A DNA stretch of 64,000 bases from an uncultured delta proteobacterium (GTDB taxonomy: Bacteria; Myxococcota_A; Polyangia; Polyangiales; Polyangiaceae): the NCBI GenBank assembly GCA_963696385.1, contig CAVOKF010000008.1, positions 160,001 through 224,000 of the forward strand, written 5' to 3'. Below are positions 18,236 through 28,449 of the stretch, piece by piece. The translations under genes were made by a program, and so were the position numbers. The notes beneath the pieces are model-generated. The model had not been told where the DNA came from, made no database searches, and saw only the letters and a list, made by a program, of their open reading frames with translations. How positions within the stretch are numbered: position 1 is the first letter of the stretch; each line of letters opens with the position of its first letter.

Positions 18236-18982
18236 ATGAAGGCATCGGTCGTCATCGTCCTTGCAACGCTGTCGTGGGTCGATTGTTCGAAGTCCGCCGC
18301 GGAACCGGGGGCGACGGGCGAATCGCCTGCGGCCTCGAACTCTCCGCCCGCGGCCCCCTCAGCGAGCGCCTTCTCGGCGAAATCCGCCGCCGCGCCGCCT
18401 TCGGGACCCCTTGCCTTGCAGCTGCATCCGGCCCTCTCGGACCCGTCGAAGGCGAACGAGAAGGCCCCGAACCTATTCAAGGCGAAGTTCGAGACCAGCA
18501 AAGGCAATTTCGTGGTGGAAGTCCACCGCGACTGGGCGCCGAACGGCGCCGATCGCTTCTACAACCTCGTCAAGCTCGGCTTCTACGACGACACCCGGTT
18601 CTTCCGCGCAATCGAAGGGTTCATGGTCCAGTTTGGAATCAGCGGCGACCCGGCCGTGAGCGCCAAGTGGCAGGAGCAGAACGTGAGCGACGACCCGGTC
18701 ACGCAGTCGAACAAGCGAGGATTCGTGACGTTCGCCCAACGCAACACACCCAACACGCGAAGCACGCAAGTGTTCGTCAATTTCGGTGACAACTCCCGAC
18801 TCGACGCGTCGCGATTCGCACCGTTCGCACAAGTCGTCCAGGGCATGGAGGTCGTCGACTCCCTTTACAAGGGTTACGGGGAAGCTCCGAATCAAGCGCG
18901 CATTCAGGCCCAGGGAAATGCGTATCTCGATGCCCAATTTCCTCGACTGGATTCGATTCGCCACGCGGAGATCGTCCGCTAA
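18236..18982 (+). CDS. Cyclophilin-type peptidyl-prolyl cis-trans isomerase, secreted/lipoprotein
   Basis: FETSKGNF, WAPNGADRFYNLV, FFRAIEGFMVQFG, RSTQVFVN, FAQVVQGMEVVD. Confidence 0.93.
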   Translation: MKASVVIVLATLSWVDCSKSAAEPGATGESPAASNSPPAAPSASAFSAKSAAAPPSGPLALQLHPALSDPSKANEKAPNLFKAKFETSKGNFVVEVHRDWAPNGADRFYNLVKLGFYDDTRFFRAIEGFMVQFGISGDPAVSAKWQEQNVSDDPVTQSNKRGFVTFAQRNTPNTRSTQVFVNFGDNSRLDASRFAPFAQVVQGMEVVDSLYKGYGEAPNQARIQAQGNAYLDAQFPRLDSIRHAEIVR

Positions 18983-19176
18983 GTACACCCCCAGAACAGA
19001 GGGATCCGATGGGCGGTGTACTTCAATCGCCGGGAGGCGATTGGGGGTTTGGGGCGAAGCCCCAAGGAAACCATCTTAGTACAGCGCCGGCCTGCAACGC
19101 AGGCGTACCCAGAGCAGCTGGGTACCGCTTGGCGGGGCGCTGTACTACGTACACCCCCAGAACAGAGGGATCCGCC
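18981..19176. repeat. Cluster of palindromic elements (family B) at a convergent gene junction
   Basis: GTACACCCCCAGAACAGAGGGATCCG occurs twice (18983, 19149). Inverted repeats AAGTACACC/GGTGTACTT, CAATCGCC/GGCGATTG, TTGGGGC-GAA-GCCCCAA and TAGTACAGCGCC/GGCGCTGTACTA. Confidence 0.8.
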
Positions 19177-19196
19177 TCACCGGAACAAGTTAGGGA

Positions 19197-19899
19197 TCAC
19201 TCCGCGGCGGCGTCGGACGAGGACATCCCCGTCGCATCGGCCGGCGAATCGGCCGAGCCATCTTGCGACGGACCCGACGACGCGTCGGGCGCCGGACCGG
19301 ACGACGCGTCCGGTGGCGGGCCGGACGACGCATCGGCGGGCGGGCCGCCCGATGCATCGGGTGGCGAATCGGCTGAGCCATCTTGCGACGGACCCGACGA
19401 CGCGTCGGGCGCCGGACCGGACGACGCGTCCGGTGGCGGGCCGGATGACGCATCGGCGGGCGGCAGCCCCACCGCTCGATCGGCGGGTGACGCATCGCTG
19501 GGCGGATTTTGCCCATGCGCTGCCGCATCCGACTCCGACGCATCCCCGATCCCCGACGGTCCAGCGTCGGGCGCGATCGAACTCGACGACGAGGCGCCAT
19601 CGGAAACCGTGGAGCTGGGCATCGACCCATCGCCGGCCGGGGCCGCATCGGTGCCGGAAGCGGCGGGGACCGTCCCATCGGCGGAATCCGACTGCCTCGA
19701 CGTGCTGAATCGCGCCGAGATCGGACGAGTTCGCGCACGAACCGGAGTCGGGATCGCAGAAGAGCCCTTCTTGGCAATCGGTGACCAGCTCGCAGGCACC
19801 CCCAGTGCCTGCCAGCGGCTCGGCCGAGCTGCAGCCGAACAGACAGGCCAAAAGGACCGATGCGGCCCGAGCCAGCGCGCGTCCCCAACGGCGTCCCAC
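19197..19899 (-). CDS. Lipoprotein with a small Cys-rich domain and a D/A/S/G/P-rich repetitive tail; apparent frameshift near 19695
   Basis: The LFGC lipobox and C-x5-C-x5-C-x6-C are in the 19899 frame; the DASSGPPP repeats are in the frame ending at 19197. Confidence 0.65.
19234..19463. repeat. 120-bp (40-codon) tandem duplication inside the lipoprotein gene
   Basis: Segment starting GCATCGG..GGCGAATCGG at 19234 recurs at 19354. Confidence 0.9.
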
Positions 19900-19955
19900 C
19901 TCTTCACCTTACCGTCGAAAAGGGTCGATTCGCGAGCCCGCGGAAAAAGGATCCC

Positions 19956-20171
19956 TCAGGCCAGGGCGACGAGCGGATCGCCCTCGCTCACGGACTGACC
20001 TTCAACCACGTACACCTTTTCGACCTTGCCGGCGCGAGGTGCCTCAACCGGCATTTCCATTTTCATCGACTCGAGGATGACGCAAACCTGCCCCTCATCG
20101 ACTTCATCCCCCACGCCGACCTCGATCTTCCATACCGTTCCGGTGATGTGCGCACTCACGATCGCCAGCAT
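19956..20171 (-). CDS. Stand-alone biotin/lipoyl carrier protein
   Basis: GTVWKIEV..GDEV, ILESMKMEMPVEAP biotinylation motif. Confidence 0.92.
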   Translation of the reverse strand: MLAIVSAHITGTVWKIEVGVGDEVDEGQVCVILESMKMEMPVEAPRAGKVEKVYVVEGQSVSEGDPLVALA

Positions 20172-20310
20172 GATTTATTAATGTTAGCGTAACTGTCCGC
20201 GCCTCGCGGCCACGTTTGCGAACAACGTCACAAATCAGTAGATTAATCGGTACGTACGCGGCTCGGCCCGCGTGCAGCGGCCATCGTCGCCGCGCAGAGG
20301 AAAAGGCAAC

Positions 20311-21072
20311 ATGGCGGAACGGCAAGAAACCTCGGTGATGGTCTCCATCCAAGAGATTTTGCGCGACGCGCAGCACCGCGAGGAGCAAGAGAAGATCGAG
20401 ACGCAGCAGCGGGCGCGCGAAGACGAACAGAGGCGTCTCGAAGAGCTCCGCCGAAAGCAAGAGGCCGAGCAAGAGCGTCTGAGGGCGGAAGAATCCGACC
20501 GCCAGCGGCGCGCATTCGAGGAACAGAAGCGCCAGGCGGAGATCCAAGCGCTTCAGGAAGCTGCCATCCAGCGCGCGAAAATGGAGGCCGAGGCCCAAGC
20601 GCGTCTAGCGGAGATGGCTTCGAGGCAAGAGCACGAACGCCAACTGCACGCGCTGACGCACGACAAGTCGAAAAGGCGTCTGCAATTGTTTCTCGCCGGA
20701 CTCGGTGTGCTCGTGTTCGCGCTGGCCATCGGCGGCGGCTACGTGATCAAACAGTCGAACGACAAGGCCAACGCCGCGGAGGCGCATGCCCGCGCGCTCG
20801 AGGCCGAAAAGCAGGACGTCGAGGCCCAACAGCGCCGGCTTCAGTTCGAGCTCGAGAGCACCAAAGATCCCGAAAAAATCGCCGAGCTCCAGGCCAAGCT
20901 GACCGAGCAGACCCAAAAGCTCGAGACCATCTCCACCCAGATCACGCAAACGAAAAAGCCCGGCCCTGCCGTCGGCGGCGGTGGCGGTGGCGGTGGAGCA
21001 AACAAGGCGACGAGCGGCAACAAGCCGCCGTGCAACTGCACCCCCGGCGATCCTCTCTGCTCGTGTCTCTGA
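20311..21072 (+). CDS. Coiled-coil membrane protein with C-terminal CNC-TPGDPL-CSC motif
   Basis: Purine-rich RBS (GAGGAAAAGG); E/Q/R-rich coil, one TM helix, second coil, poly-Gly linker, terminal CNCTPGDPLCSCL. Confidence 0.8.
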   Translation: MAERQETSVMVSIQEILRDAQHREEQEKIETQQRAREDEQRRLEELRRKQEAEQERLRAEESDRQRRAFEEQKRQAEIQALQEAAIQRAKMEAEAQARLAEMASRQEHERQLHALTHDKSKRRLQLFLAGLGVLVFALAIGGGYVIKQSNDKANAAEAHARALEAEKQDVEAQQRRLQFELESTKDPEKIAELQAKLTEQTQKLETISTQITQTKKPGPAVGGGGGGGGANKATSGNKPPCNCTPGDPLCSCL

Positions 21073-21098
21073 GATCCGGTTAGAGCGGCGTGCTGCCG

Positions 21099-21836
21099 AT
21101 GAACGGGCAAGCCCCCGTCGATTCAAGGATCATCGTCGCGCTGGACGTACCGAGTCTCGACGACGCGCGGGCCCTCGGTCGCTCGGTGGCGCACGCCGTC
21201 GGGATGTTCAAGGTCGGGCTCGAGTTGTTCGTCCACGCGGGCCCGACTTCGCTGGAAGTCGGCGTGGAGTGCGGTCGCCCGACATTTCTTGACCTCAAAC
21301 TGCACGACATCCCCGAGACGGTCGAACGCGCGGTGGGGCGCGCCTCGGCAATCGGCGCGCGATTCTTGACCGTTCACGCGGCGGGAGGCACGGCCATGCT
21401 GCGTAACGCCGTCGAACGCGCCCGCAAGGAAGGAGCCGGTCTCGAGATCCTCGCCGTGACGGTGCTCACGTCCTTGGACCGGCGCGACCTCGCCTCGCTC
21501 GGTGTGTCCGAAAGCGTCGCGACGCACGTCGAGCGGCTCGCTCGAAACGCATGGGACGCGGGGGTCCGATCGTTCGTGTGCTCGCCTCACGAGGCCGCGC
21601 GACTGCGCGACGTTCTCGGACCCGATGCGACGCTCGTGACACCCGGCGTGCGCGCCTCGGCCGACGCGGGAAAGGACGATCAAAAAAGGACGATGACCGC
21701 CGCCGACGCGGTGGCCGCGGGTGCCGACTGGGTCGTGGTCGGCCGGCCCATTCGCGACGCGCCCGACCCGGCGGCCGCGGCGCAGGCGCTTTCAAAGGAA
21801 GTGAGCGAGGCGCGGGCTGCGCGAGACGGCGGTTGA
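21099..21836 (+). CDS. pyrF: Orotidine-5'-phosphate decarboxylase
   Basis: IIVALD, FKVGLELF, FLDLKLHDIPETV, VTPGVR, DDQKR, VVGRPI. Confidence 0.96.
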   Translation: MNGQAPVDSRIIVALDVPSLDDARALGRSVAHAVGMFKVGLELFVHAGPTSLEVGVECGRPTFLDLKLHDIPETVERAVGRASAIGARFLTVHAAGGTAMLRNAVERARKEGAGLEILAVTVLTSLDRRDLASLGVSESVATHVERLARNAWDAGVRSFVCSPHEAARLRDVLGPDATLVTPGVRASADAGKDDQKRTMTAADAVAAGADWVVVGRPIRDAPDPAAAAQALSKEVSEARAARDGG

Positions 21837-22576
21837 ACCGGTCGGCCGCGACGCGCATGATCTGCGGCTTGCAACCCGTGCGCGAGGCGATCCGCGCGCA
21901 GGGCGAGCGACTCGAGCGTGTCTTGGTCGAATCCGAGCCGCGCGACGGACCCCAGCTCGAAGCGTTGGCGCGCTTCGCTCGCGATCACGGCGCGCCCGTC
22001 GAACGTCTTTCGCGCGCGGAACTCGACCGGTTGGCACGAGGGGTTCGACACCAAGGCACGATCGCTTTCGCGCCGGAGCTCTCGATTGCCCGCCTCGACG
22101 ATCTCGCTGTCGGTCCCGAGACACTCATCGTGGCACTCGACGAAGTCGTCGACCCCCAGAATTTCGGCGCCGTGGTCCGATCGGCGGTCGCGATGGACGC
22201 GACGGCCGTTCTGTGGCCCGAGCATCGATCGGCGCCGCTTTCGCCCGCGGCGTTTCGCGCCTCGGCGGGGGCCGTCGAGTATGCCACGCTCTGCCGCGTC
22301 AGCTCCCTGCCGCCCGCGCTCGAAGCTCTGCGCGCCCGCGGCGTCACCGTCGTAGGTCTCGACATGGCGGGCGATGCGCTCATCGACCGGGTCGATCTCG
22401 TTCGACCGGTCGCGCTCGTGGTCGGGGCCGAGGGCAAAGGGTTGCGAAAGACGGTGCGGCGCACGTGCGATACGCTGACTCGCCTCCCCATGGGTCGCTC
22501 GATCGCTTCGCTCAATGCCTCGGTCGCCGTGGCGATCGCGATCTACGAGGCGGTCCGGCAGCGAGCCCGTCGTTGA
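21833..22576 (+). CDS. rlmB: 23S rRNA 2'-O-ribose methyltransferase (TrmH/SpoU family, RlmB-like)
   Basis: HQG, LDEVVDPQNFGAVVRSA, SAGA, GAEGKGL, SLNASVA; TTG start coupled to the pyrF stop (alternative ATG 21857). Confidence 0.88.
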   Translation: MNRSAATRMICGLQPVREAIRAQGERLERVLVESEPRDGPQLEALARFARDHGAPVERLSRAELDRLARGVRHQGTIAFAPELSIARLDDLAVGPETLIVALDEVVDPQNFGAVVRSAVAMDATAVLWPEHRSAPLSPAAFRASAGAVEYATLCRVSSLPPALEALRARGVTVVGLDMAGDALIDRVDLVRPVALVVGAEGKGLRKTVRRTCDTLTRLPMGRSIASLNASVAVAIAIYEAVRQRARR

Positions 22577-23781
22577 CCGACCCAGTCGCCGGCAGCCCGG
22601 TTCGTATCGGGCGCGTGTATCTGTTTGCGCTGCTCGGGTGGACGTTCGACTTCTACGATCTGGTCCTGCTCGGCTTCATCAAAGACCCGGTCGCGCGAGA
22701 TCTGCACCTGTCACGACTCGAGGAAGCTTGGCTGCTCGGAGTGGCGCTCGGAGCCTCCGGCATCGGTGGAATCCTCGCCGGGGCGCTGGCCGACCGCATC
22801 GGCAAGCGAACGATGCTCGCGTGGACGGTGATGATCTCTTCGATCGGATCCTTACTCTGCGGGGTCGCCGGGGGCGCGCGCGCGTTCGTCGTCGGCCGAG
22901 CGGTCGTCGGGCTGGGCGTCGGGGGAGAGTGGGCCATCGGACACGGCATGCTCGCCGAAGCCGCCCGGCCCGCCCGGCGCGGTCGTTGGGCTGCGGCGCT
23001 GCAGGCGGGCGAACCGATCGGGGTGGCGCTGGCTACGCTCGTCGGGTACGTCGTCCTGCCGCGAGTCGGATGGCGGGCCGTGCTGGTGGGATCGAGCGCG
23101 ACGGCCTTGATCGCACTGGCTGTGCGGCGATCCGTTTACCTGCCGGACGTGCCCGCGCCGCGCGCCAACGCGCTGCATCGGCTGATCCAGGCCCACATCG
23201 GCCGCCGCTTCGTCGCCGCATGGGTCTTGGGCGTCTGCAAACTCGGGACGTACTGGACCTGTTACACCTGGCTGCCGAGCTTTCTGCGCGACATGCACCA
23301 GGCCGTGTCGCGCTCGCTCGCCTGGATGTTGACCGCGCAGGTCGGCCAGCTCATCGGGATGCTCACGTTTGGTCTGATTTCGGACCGCCTCGGCCGGCGC
23401 CCCGCGTTCGCGATGTACTCGCTCGTTACGGCGAGCGCCCTGGCTCCCCTCGCCTTCGCGTGGCAGACGCTCTCGGCCCATCCCTTTCTCTTCTGGGCGA
23501 CGATGCTCGTGCTTGGCGTCGGGTCCGGCTGCACCGCCGGCTTCGGCGCACTCCTCGCCGAGCTCTTTCCATCCGAAGTCCGAGGCGTCGCCATGGGAGC
23601 GACGTACAACCTCGCGCGCACCGCGCAGCTCATCGCCCCGGTCGTCGTTCAAGCGGCCGTCGCACGCGCGGGCCTTGCCGGAGGCCTGAGTGTTCCTCTG
23701 CTTCTGGCGATCGCCACGGCGGCCTGGGTGTGGGTGCTGCCCGAGACCCGCGGCATCGCGCTGCCCACCCTGCGCCGCTGA
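22573..23781 (+). CDS. MFS transporter
   Basis: GWTFDFYD, GALADRIGKR, GLGVGGEW, SDRLGRR, ELFPSEVRG, LPETRG; ~12 TM segments; TTG coupled to the upstream stop. Confidence 0.92.
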   Translation: MTDPVAGSPVRIGRVYLFALLGWTFDFYDLVLLGFIKDPVARDLHLSRLEEAWLLGVALGASGIGGILAGALADRIGKRTMLAWTVMISSIGSLLCGVAGGARAFVVGRAVVGLGVGGEWAIGHGMLAEAARPARRGRWAAALQAGEPIGVALATLVGYVVLPRVGWRAVLVGSSATALIALAVRRSVYLPDVPAPRANALHRLIQAHIGRRFVAAWVLGVCKLGTYWTCYTWLPSFLRDMHQAVSRSLAWMLTAQVGQLIGMLTFGLISDRLGRRPAFAMYSLVTASALAPLAFAWQTLSAHPFLFWATMLVLGVGSGCTAGFGALLAELFPSEVRGVAMGATYNLARTAQLIAPVVVQAAVARAGLAGGLSVPLLLAIATAAWVWVLPETRGIALPTLRR

Positions 23782-23868
23782 CCTTAGCCGGTTGGCGTGT
23801 CCTGCCCGGATGGCGTAGTGGTCGAAGCATCTGGGATGCGAGGACCGCCCGTGAGACCCGTTGACCCC

Positions 23869-24795
23869 ATGTCGAGAACGGCGGACATCGCCGAGCAACT
23901 CGCCGGCGTCGGCTACTTGGCATCCGAGGACCTCGCTGTCGTCTGCTGGCTGGCGGTGGCGCTCGAGCGTCCCCTGCTGGTCGAGGGGCCCGCGGGCGTC
24001 GGCAAGACCGACCTCGGACGGGCGCTGGCGCAGGCACTCGGGCGACGGCTCGTGCGGCTGCAGTGCTACGAGGGACTCGACGAGTCCAAGGCGCTCTACG
24101 AGTGGGACTACGCAAAGCAGATGCTGTACTCCCAGCTGTTGCGCGACGTCGTATCCACCGAGGCGGAGGGGGCGGGGTCGTTGGCCGAAGCGGCCAATCG
24201 CATCGCCGGCGCGGACGCAGCCTTCTTCAGCCGCCGCTTCCTGGTCGAGCGCCCCGTCTTGCGTGCTCTGACGAGCGAGTCGCCGACGGTCCTGCTCGTG
24301 GACGAGGTCGACCGGGCCGATCCGGAGTTCGAAGCCTTGCTCCTGGAGGTCCTGGCCGAAGGACAGGTGACCATCCCCGAGATCGGAACGATTCGAGCGA
24401 AGCACCCACCGCTGTTTCTGCTGACGAGCAACGGCACTCGAGACATGAGCGACGCGCTGCGCCGCCGCTGCCTGCACGCTACCCTCGACTACCCCTCGCC
24501 GTCGCGCGAGCAAGCGATTCTCGAGCTGCACGTTCCCGGACTCGGCCAGACTCTGGCCGAGCAACTGACCGGCTTCGCGGAAAAGCTTCGCCGAATGGAC
24601 CTGCGCAAAGCGCCGTCGATCGCAGAGACCATCGATTGGGGGCGCGCGATCGTCCTGCTCGGGGCGAGCGCCCTCGACCCCGAACTCGTCCGGTCGACTT
24701 TGGGAGTACTGATCAAGCACGCCGAGGACCATGCGAAAGTCCTTACGAACATCGACACCCTGACGACCTCGCGCGCTCGGCCGAAGGCCCCCTGA
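23869..24795 (+). CDS. MoxR-family AAA+ ATPase (CoxD-like)
   Basis: LVEGPAGVGKT, RLQCYEGLD, LYEWDY, LLVDEVDRAD, SDALRRRC, KAPSIAETIDW. Confidence 0.92.
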   Translation: MSRTADIAEQLAGVGYLASEDLAVVCWLAVALERPLLVEGPAGVGKTDLGRALAQALGRRLVRLQCYEGLDESKALYEWDYAKQMLYSQLLRDVVSTEAEGAGSLAEAANRIAGADAAFFSRRFLVERPVLRALTSESPTVLLVDEVDRADPEFEALLLEVLAEGQVTIPEIGTIRAKHPPLFLLTSNGTRDMSDALRRRCLHATLDYPSPSREQAILELHVPGLGQTLAEQLTGFAEKLRRMDLRKAPSIAETIDWGRAIVLLGASALDPELVRSTLGVLIKHAEDHAKVLTNIDTLTTSRARPKAP

Positions 24796-24796
24796 G

Positions 24797-24858
24797 GACA
24801 CCGCCCCAGAACAAATGGATCGGCCGGGCGATGGACTTCGAGCGGGGGGGCCGATCCC
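24797..24858. repeat. Diverged family-B element with hairpin between the moxR and dnaE stops
   Basis: ACACCGCCCCAGAACAAATGGATCGGCCGGGCGATGGACTT resembles ACACCCCCAGAACAGAGGGATCCGATGGGCGGTGTACTT at 18985; GGATCGGCC/GGCCGATCC inverted repeat. Confidence 0.55.
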
Positions 24859-27800
24859 TCAGCGAAGCTCAGCCACCTGTTCGCCGAAAACCCGCTCCAG
24901 CCCGGACAGAAGCGGATCGCCGACATCCACCCGCCACGCGTCGCCCAACATGAGCAACGCTTCGGCCCCATCGGAAAAACTGACGATCAGAGCCACCGGG
25001 CATTGTCCCTTGGTCAGAGACAAGACGCGCGCGAGGCTTGCGAGATCCGAGTTTCGCGTCCGCTCGGCACGAACCCGAATCGAAATCGATCGCGTATCGG
25101 CCCGCACGGCCTCGGTGAGCGGCTGGACCTCGTTCAACAGAATCGTCGGGTCGCGCGGCGCGTCGGCGTCGTCATCGCCGTCCTCGCTGCGCTGAGGAAA
25201 GCTCACTTTGCCCGTCACGAGCACCGGCTCGCCCGCCGTCAGCACCGGCGCGTAGCGTTCGATTTCGCGAGCGCGCAGTTTGACGCTCACGCGACCGGTC
25301 AAATCCTCGAGATCGAAGAACGCGACCTTGCCGCCTCCGTCCTTGAACATGCGCTCGCGGTACGCCTCGACCATTCCGACCAGCTTGATGGGAGCCCAGT
25401 CTTCCGACCCGGCGCAGTCTGCGACACGCCCGGCCCCGAGCTTGCCGAGCCCGGCGTCGCCCTTGATGTACCGTTCGAGGGGATGGCCCGATACGTAGAA
25501 CCCGAGCGCCTGCCGCTCGCGGACCAAGAGCTCGCGCCGGTCCCACGGTTCGCACTCGGCGTAGTCGCCGGCCGTCGAGGCGGCCGACGTCGGGTGCGGC
25601 GAAGCGTCGAACAGGCCGAACAGCGTCGTCTGGCCGGCGGCCCGGTCGCGACTCGCCGCACGCGAACGCTCCAACGCGACGTCGATCGACGCGAACGCTC
25701 GGGCACGCGACATTCCGCGCACCTGCAAGCTCGAATCGAAGGCGCCGCATTGCACCAGAGCCTCGAAGACGGCTTTGTTCACGCGTTTGGCATCGATGCG
25801 AGCGGCCAGATCGAAGAGATCTCGGAAAGGACCGGCGCCGCGCGCCTCGAACACCGCCTCCAGTGCGGAGCCCCCCAAGCCACGCACGGCCCCGAGCCCG
25901 AACCGGATCTGGGGGCCGAGCGGGTCTGCGATCTTGTCGCCCCGACGCGCGGGCGGCCCGTCGCCGAGCGGACGCGTGTACGCGACCTTGAAATCCGTGT
26001 CGCTCTCGTTCACATCCGGAGGAAGGACCCTGACACCCATGGCTCGCGCGTCCGCGATCGTGCGCACGACCTTGTCGATGCGATCCTTGTCGCTCGTCAG
26101 AATCGCACAGAGCAACTCGACGGGGTAATGCGCCTTGAGCCACGCGGTCTGGTAGGTGATGAGCGCATACGCAGCCGAATGGCTTTTGTTGAACCCGTAG
26201 CCGGCGAAGTATTCGAGTAGGCCGAAGATGTGCTCCGCGTCCTTGACGTCGACACCGTTGTCGCTGGCTCCGGCAAGAAACACACTCTTCTGCTTGGCCA
26301 TTTCTTCCGGCTTCTTCTTGCCCATCGCACGCCGCAACAAGTCCGCGCCGCCGAGCGTGTAGCCCGCGAGCTTCTGGGCGATCTGCATCACCTGCTCCTG
26401 ATAGACGATGACCCCGTAGGTCGGAGCGAGGATGTCGTCGACACGAGGGTGCAAGCTCGCGATGGCGGCGCGTCCGTGTTTTCGGTTGACGAAGTCCTCC
26501 ACCATGCCGCTGCCCAGCGGACCGGGGCGATAGAGCGCAACGGCCGCGACGATGTCCTCGAATCCGTCGGGACGCAAATCCTTGAAGAGCTGCTGCATGC
26601 CGCTCGATTCGAGTTGAAAGACTCCTTTGGTTTCGCCGGACGCGAGCAGCTTGTACGTCGCCGCGTCGTCCAGAGGGATCTTGGAAAGGTCGATCGTCTG
26701 ATTCGCGCGCCGCAGATCGGGCCGAGCGTTGACCAGCCGCACCGCGACGTCGAGCACGGTGAGCGTCTTGAGTCCCAAAAAGTCGAATTTGACGAGCCCC
26801 GCCTGTTCGACGTCGTCCTTGTAATACTGCGTGACGAGCGCCCCGGTCTTGTCGTCGCGGAAGACCGGCACGTGGTCCCAGAGAGGGCCCTCGCTGATCA
26901 CGATACCGGCCGCGTGTTTGCCGGCGTGCCGGGTCAAACCCTCGAGTTTGCGCGCCTGATCGAGGAGCCCCTTGATCCTCGGGTCGCTCTCGTAAAGCGT
27001 CCGCAGCTTCGGCTCGACCTCGAGCGCCTCTCCGATCGTGTACGTTTCGGCCGGTGTCTTGCGCGGAATCAAGTTGGCGATCTGCTGCGCCTCGTTGGGG
27101 GTTATCCCCAGGCATCGCGCAACGTCTTTGACGACGCTCTTGCTCTTGAGCTCGGCAAACGTCGCGATTTGGCCGACGCTCGAAGCACCGTACTTGCGCT
27201 GGACGTAGGCAATCACCTCATCCCGCCGGTCCATGCAAAAGTCGATGTCGAAGTCCGGCATGCTCACGCGCTCCGGATTCATGAAGCGCTCGAAGAGCAA
27301 GTGGTACGGAATCGGATCGAGGTCGGTGATGCGCATCGCGTAGGCCACGATCGATCCCGCGCCGGATCCCCGCCCGGGGCCGACGGGAATGCCGCTTTCC
27401 TTGGCGTATCGAATGAAGTCCCAGACGATGAGGAAGTACCCGGCAAAGTTCATCTTCGCGATGACGTCGAGTTCGATCTCGAGTCGCTTCGTGTACGCAT
27501 CGCGGTCGACGTGCTTGCCCTGCGCTTCGAACTCGTCGAAGCGGACACGGATGCCTTCCCGAGCGATATGGCGGAAGTAGCCGACGGCGTCGTAGCCCTC
27601 CGGTACCTGAAAGCTCGGCAGCATCGGTTCGCCGAGCTTGAGAGCCAACGTACATTTTTCGGCAATTTCGAGCGTCGCGCGCACCGCGTTCGGGTAGGCC
27701 GCAAAAAGCTGCGCCATCTCGTCGGGTGTCTTCAGGTACATCTCGCTCGAATCCGTGGTGGCGCTCCTTCGCCTCCTCGAGCGAACGACCGGTCTTGATG

Positions 27801-28432
27801 CAGGACAGGTACAGATGCGCCTCGGCGTCTTGCCGCTCGGCGTAGTGCACGTCGTTGGTGGCGACGAGCGGCAGGTCGAGATCGCCCGCGAGCTTGACGA
27901 GAATCCCGTTGAGCACCGGCTGCTCCGGCAGCCCGTGATCCTGCAGCTCGACGTACAACGACCCCGGCTCGAAGACGTCGCGCATGCGCGCGAGGACCTC
28001 TCGACCCCGGGTCTCACCTTCTTCGAGGATGGCCTGGGCCACGACTCCGCCCATGCAGCCGGTCAATGCGACGATCCCCTTGGACCGGGTCGAAAGCTCC
28101 TCCATGGGCATGGGCACTCCCTGAATCTGACACCGGGACACGATGCCGATCAGGTTGCGGTAGCCCTCGGACGTCGCCGCCAGGAGCGGCAGGTGGTGGC
28201 CGTGCCCGCCGCGCCCCGCGGCATCAATCTCGCATCCGAGGATGGCGTGGACCTTCGCCTCTTTCGCCGCCTTGTAGAGGGCAATCGCGCCAAACATGTT
28301 GCCGTGATCGGTGACGGCGACGGCGGGCATTCCCCCGGCCGCGACACGCTGGACGAGGTCCTTCACCTTCACCGCTCCGTCGAGAAGCGAATATTGCGTG
28401 TGAACGTGCAGGTGGACGAACTCGGCGGACAT
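24859..28432 (-). CDS. dnaE: DNA polymerase III alpha subunit; +1 frameshift near 27750 (probably an artefact)
   Basis: FVHLHVHTQYSLLDGA, TDHGNMFG and ATNDVHY in one frame; GPGRGSGAGS, RVSMPDFDIDF, KFDFLGLKTL and YGFNKSHS in the other. Removing one base at GGATTCGAGC joins them. Confidence 0.97.
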
Positions 28433-28449
28433 CGCTTTGAGAGCTCCGA

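Noticed and set aside
19077..19147. tRNA (cloverleaf-like fold)
   Set aside because: No T-loop GTTCRA or D-loop consensus and wrong stem lengths; kept as a structured repeat instead.
24859..28432. dnaE as a pseudogene, split gene or intein carrier
   Set aside because: A single extra base explains the break, both halves are otherwise intact, and no intein motifs are visible.
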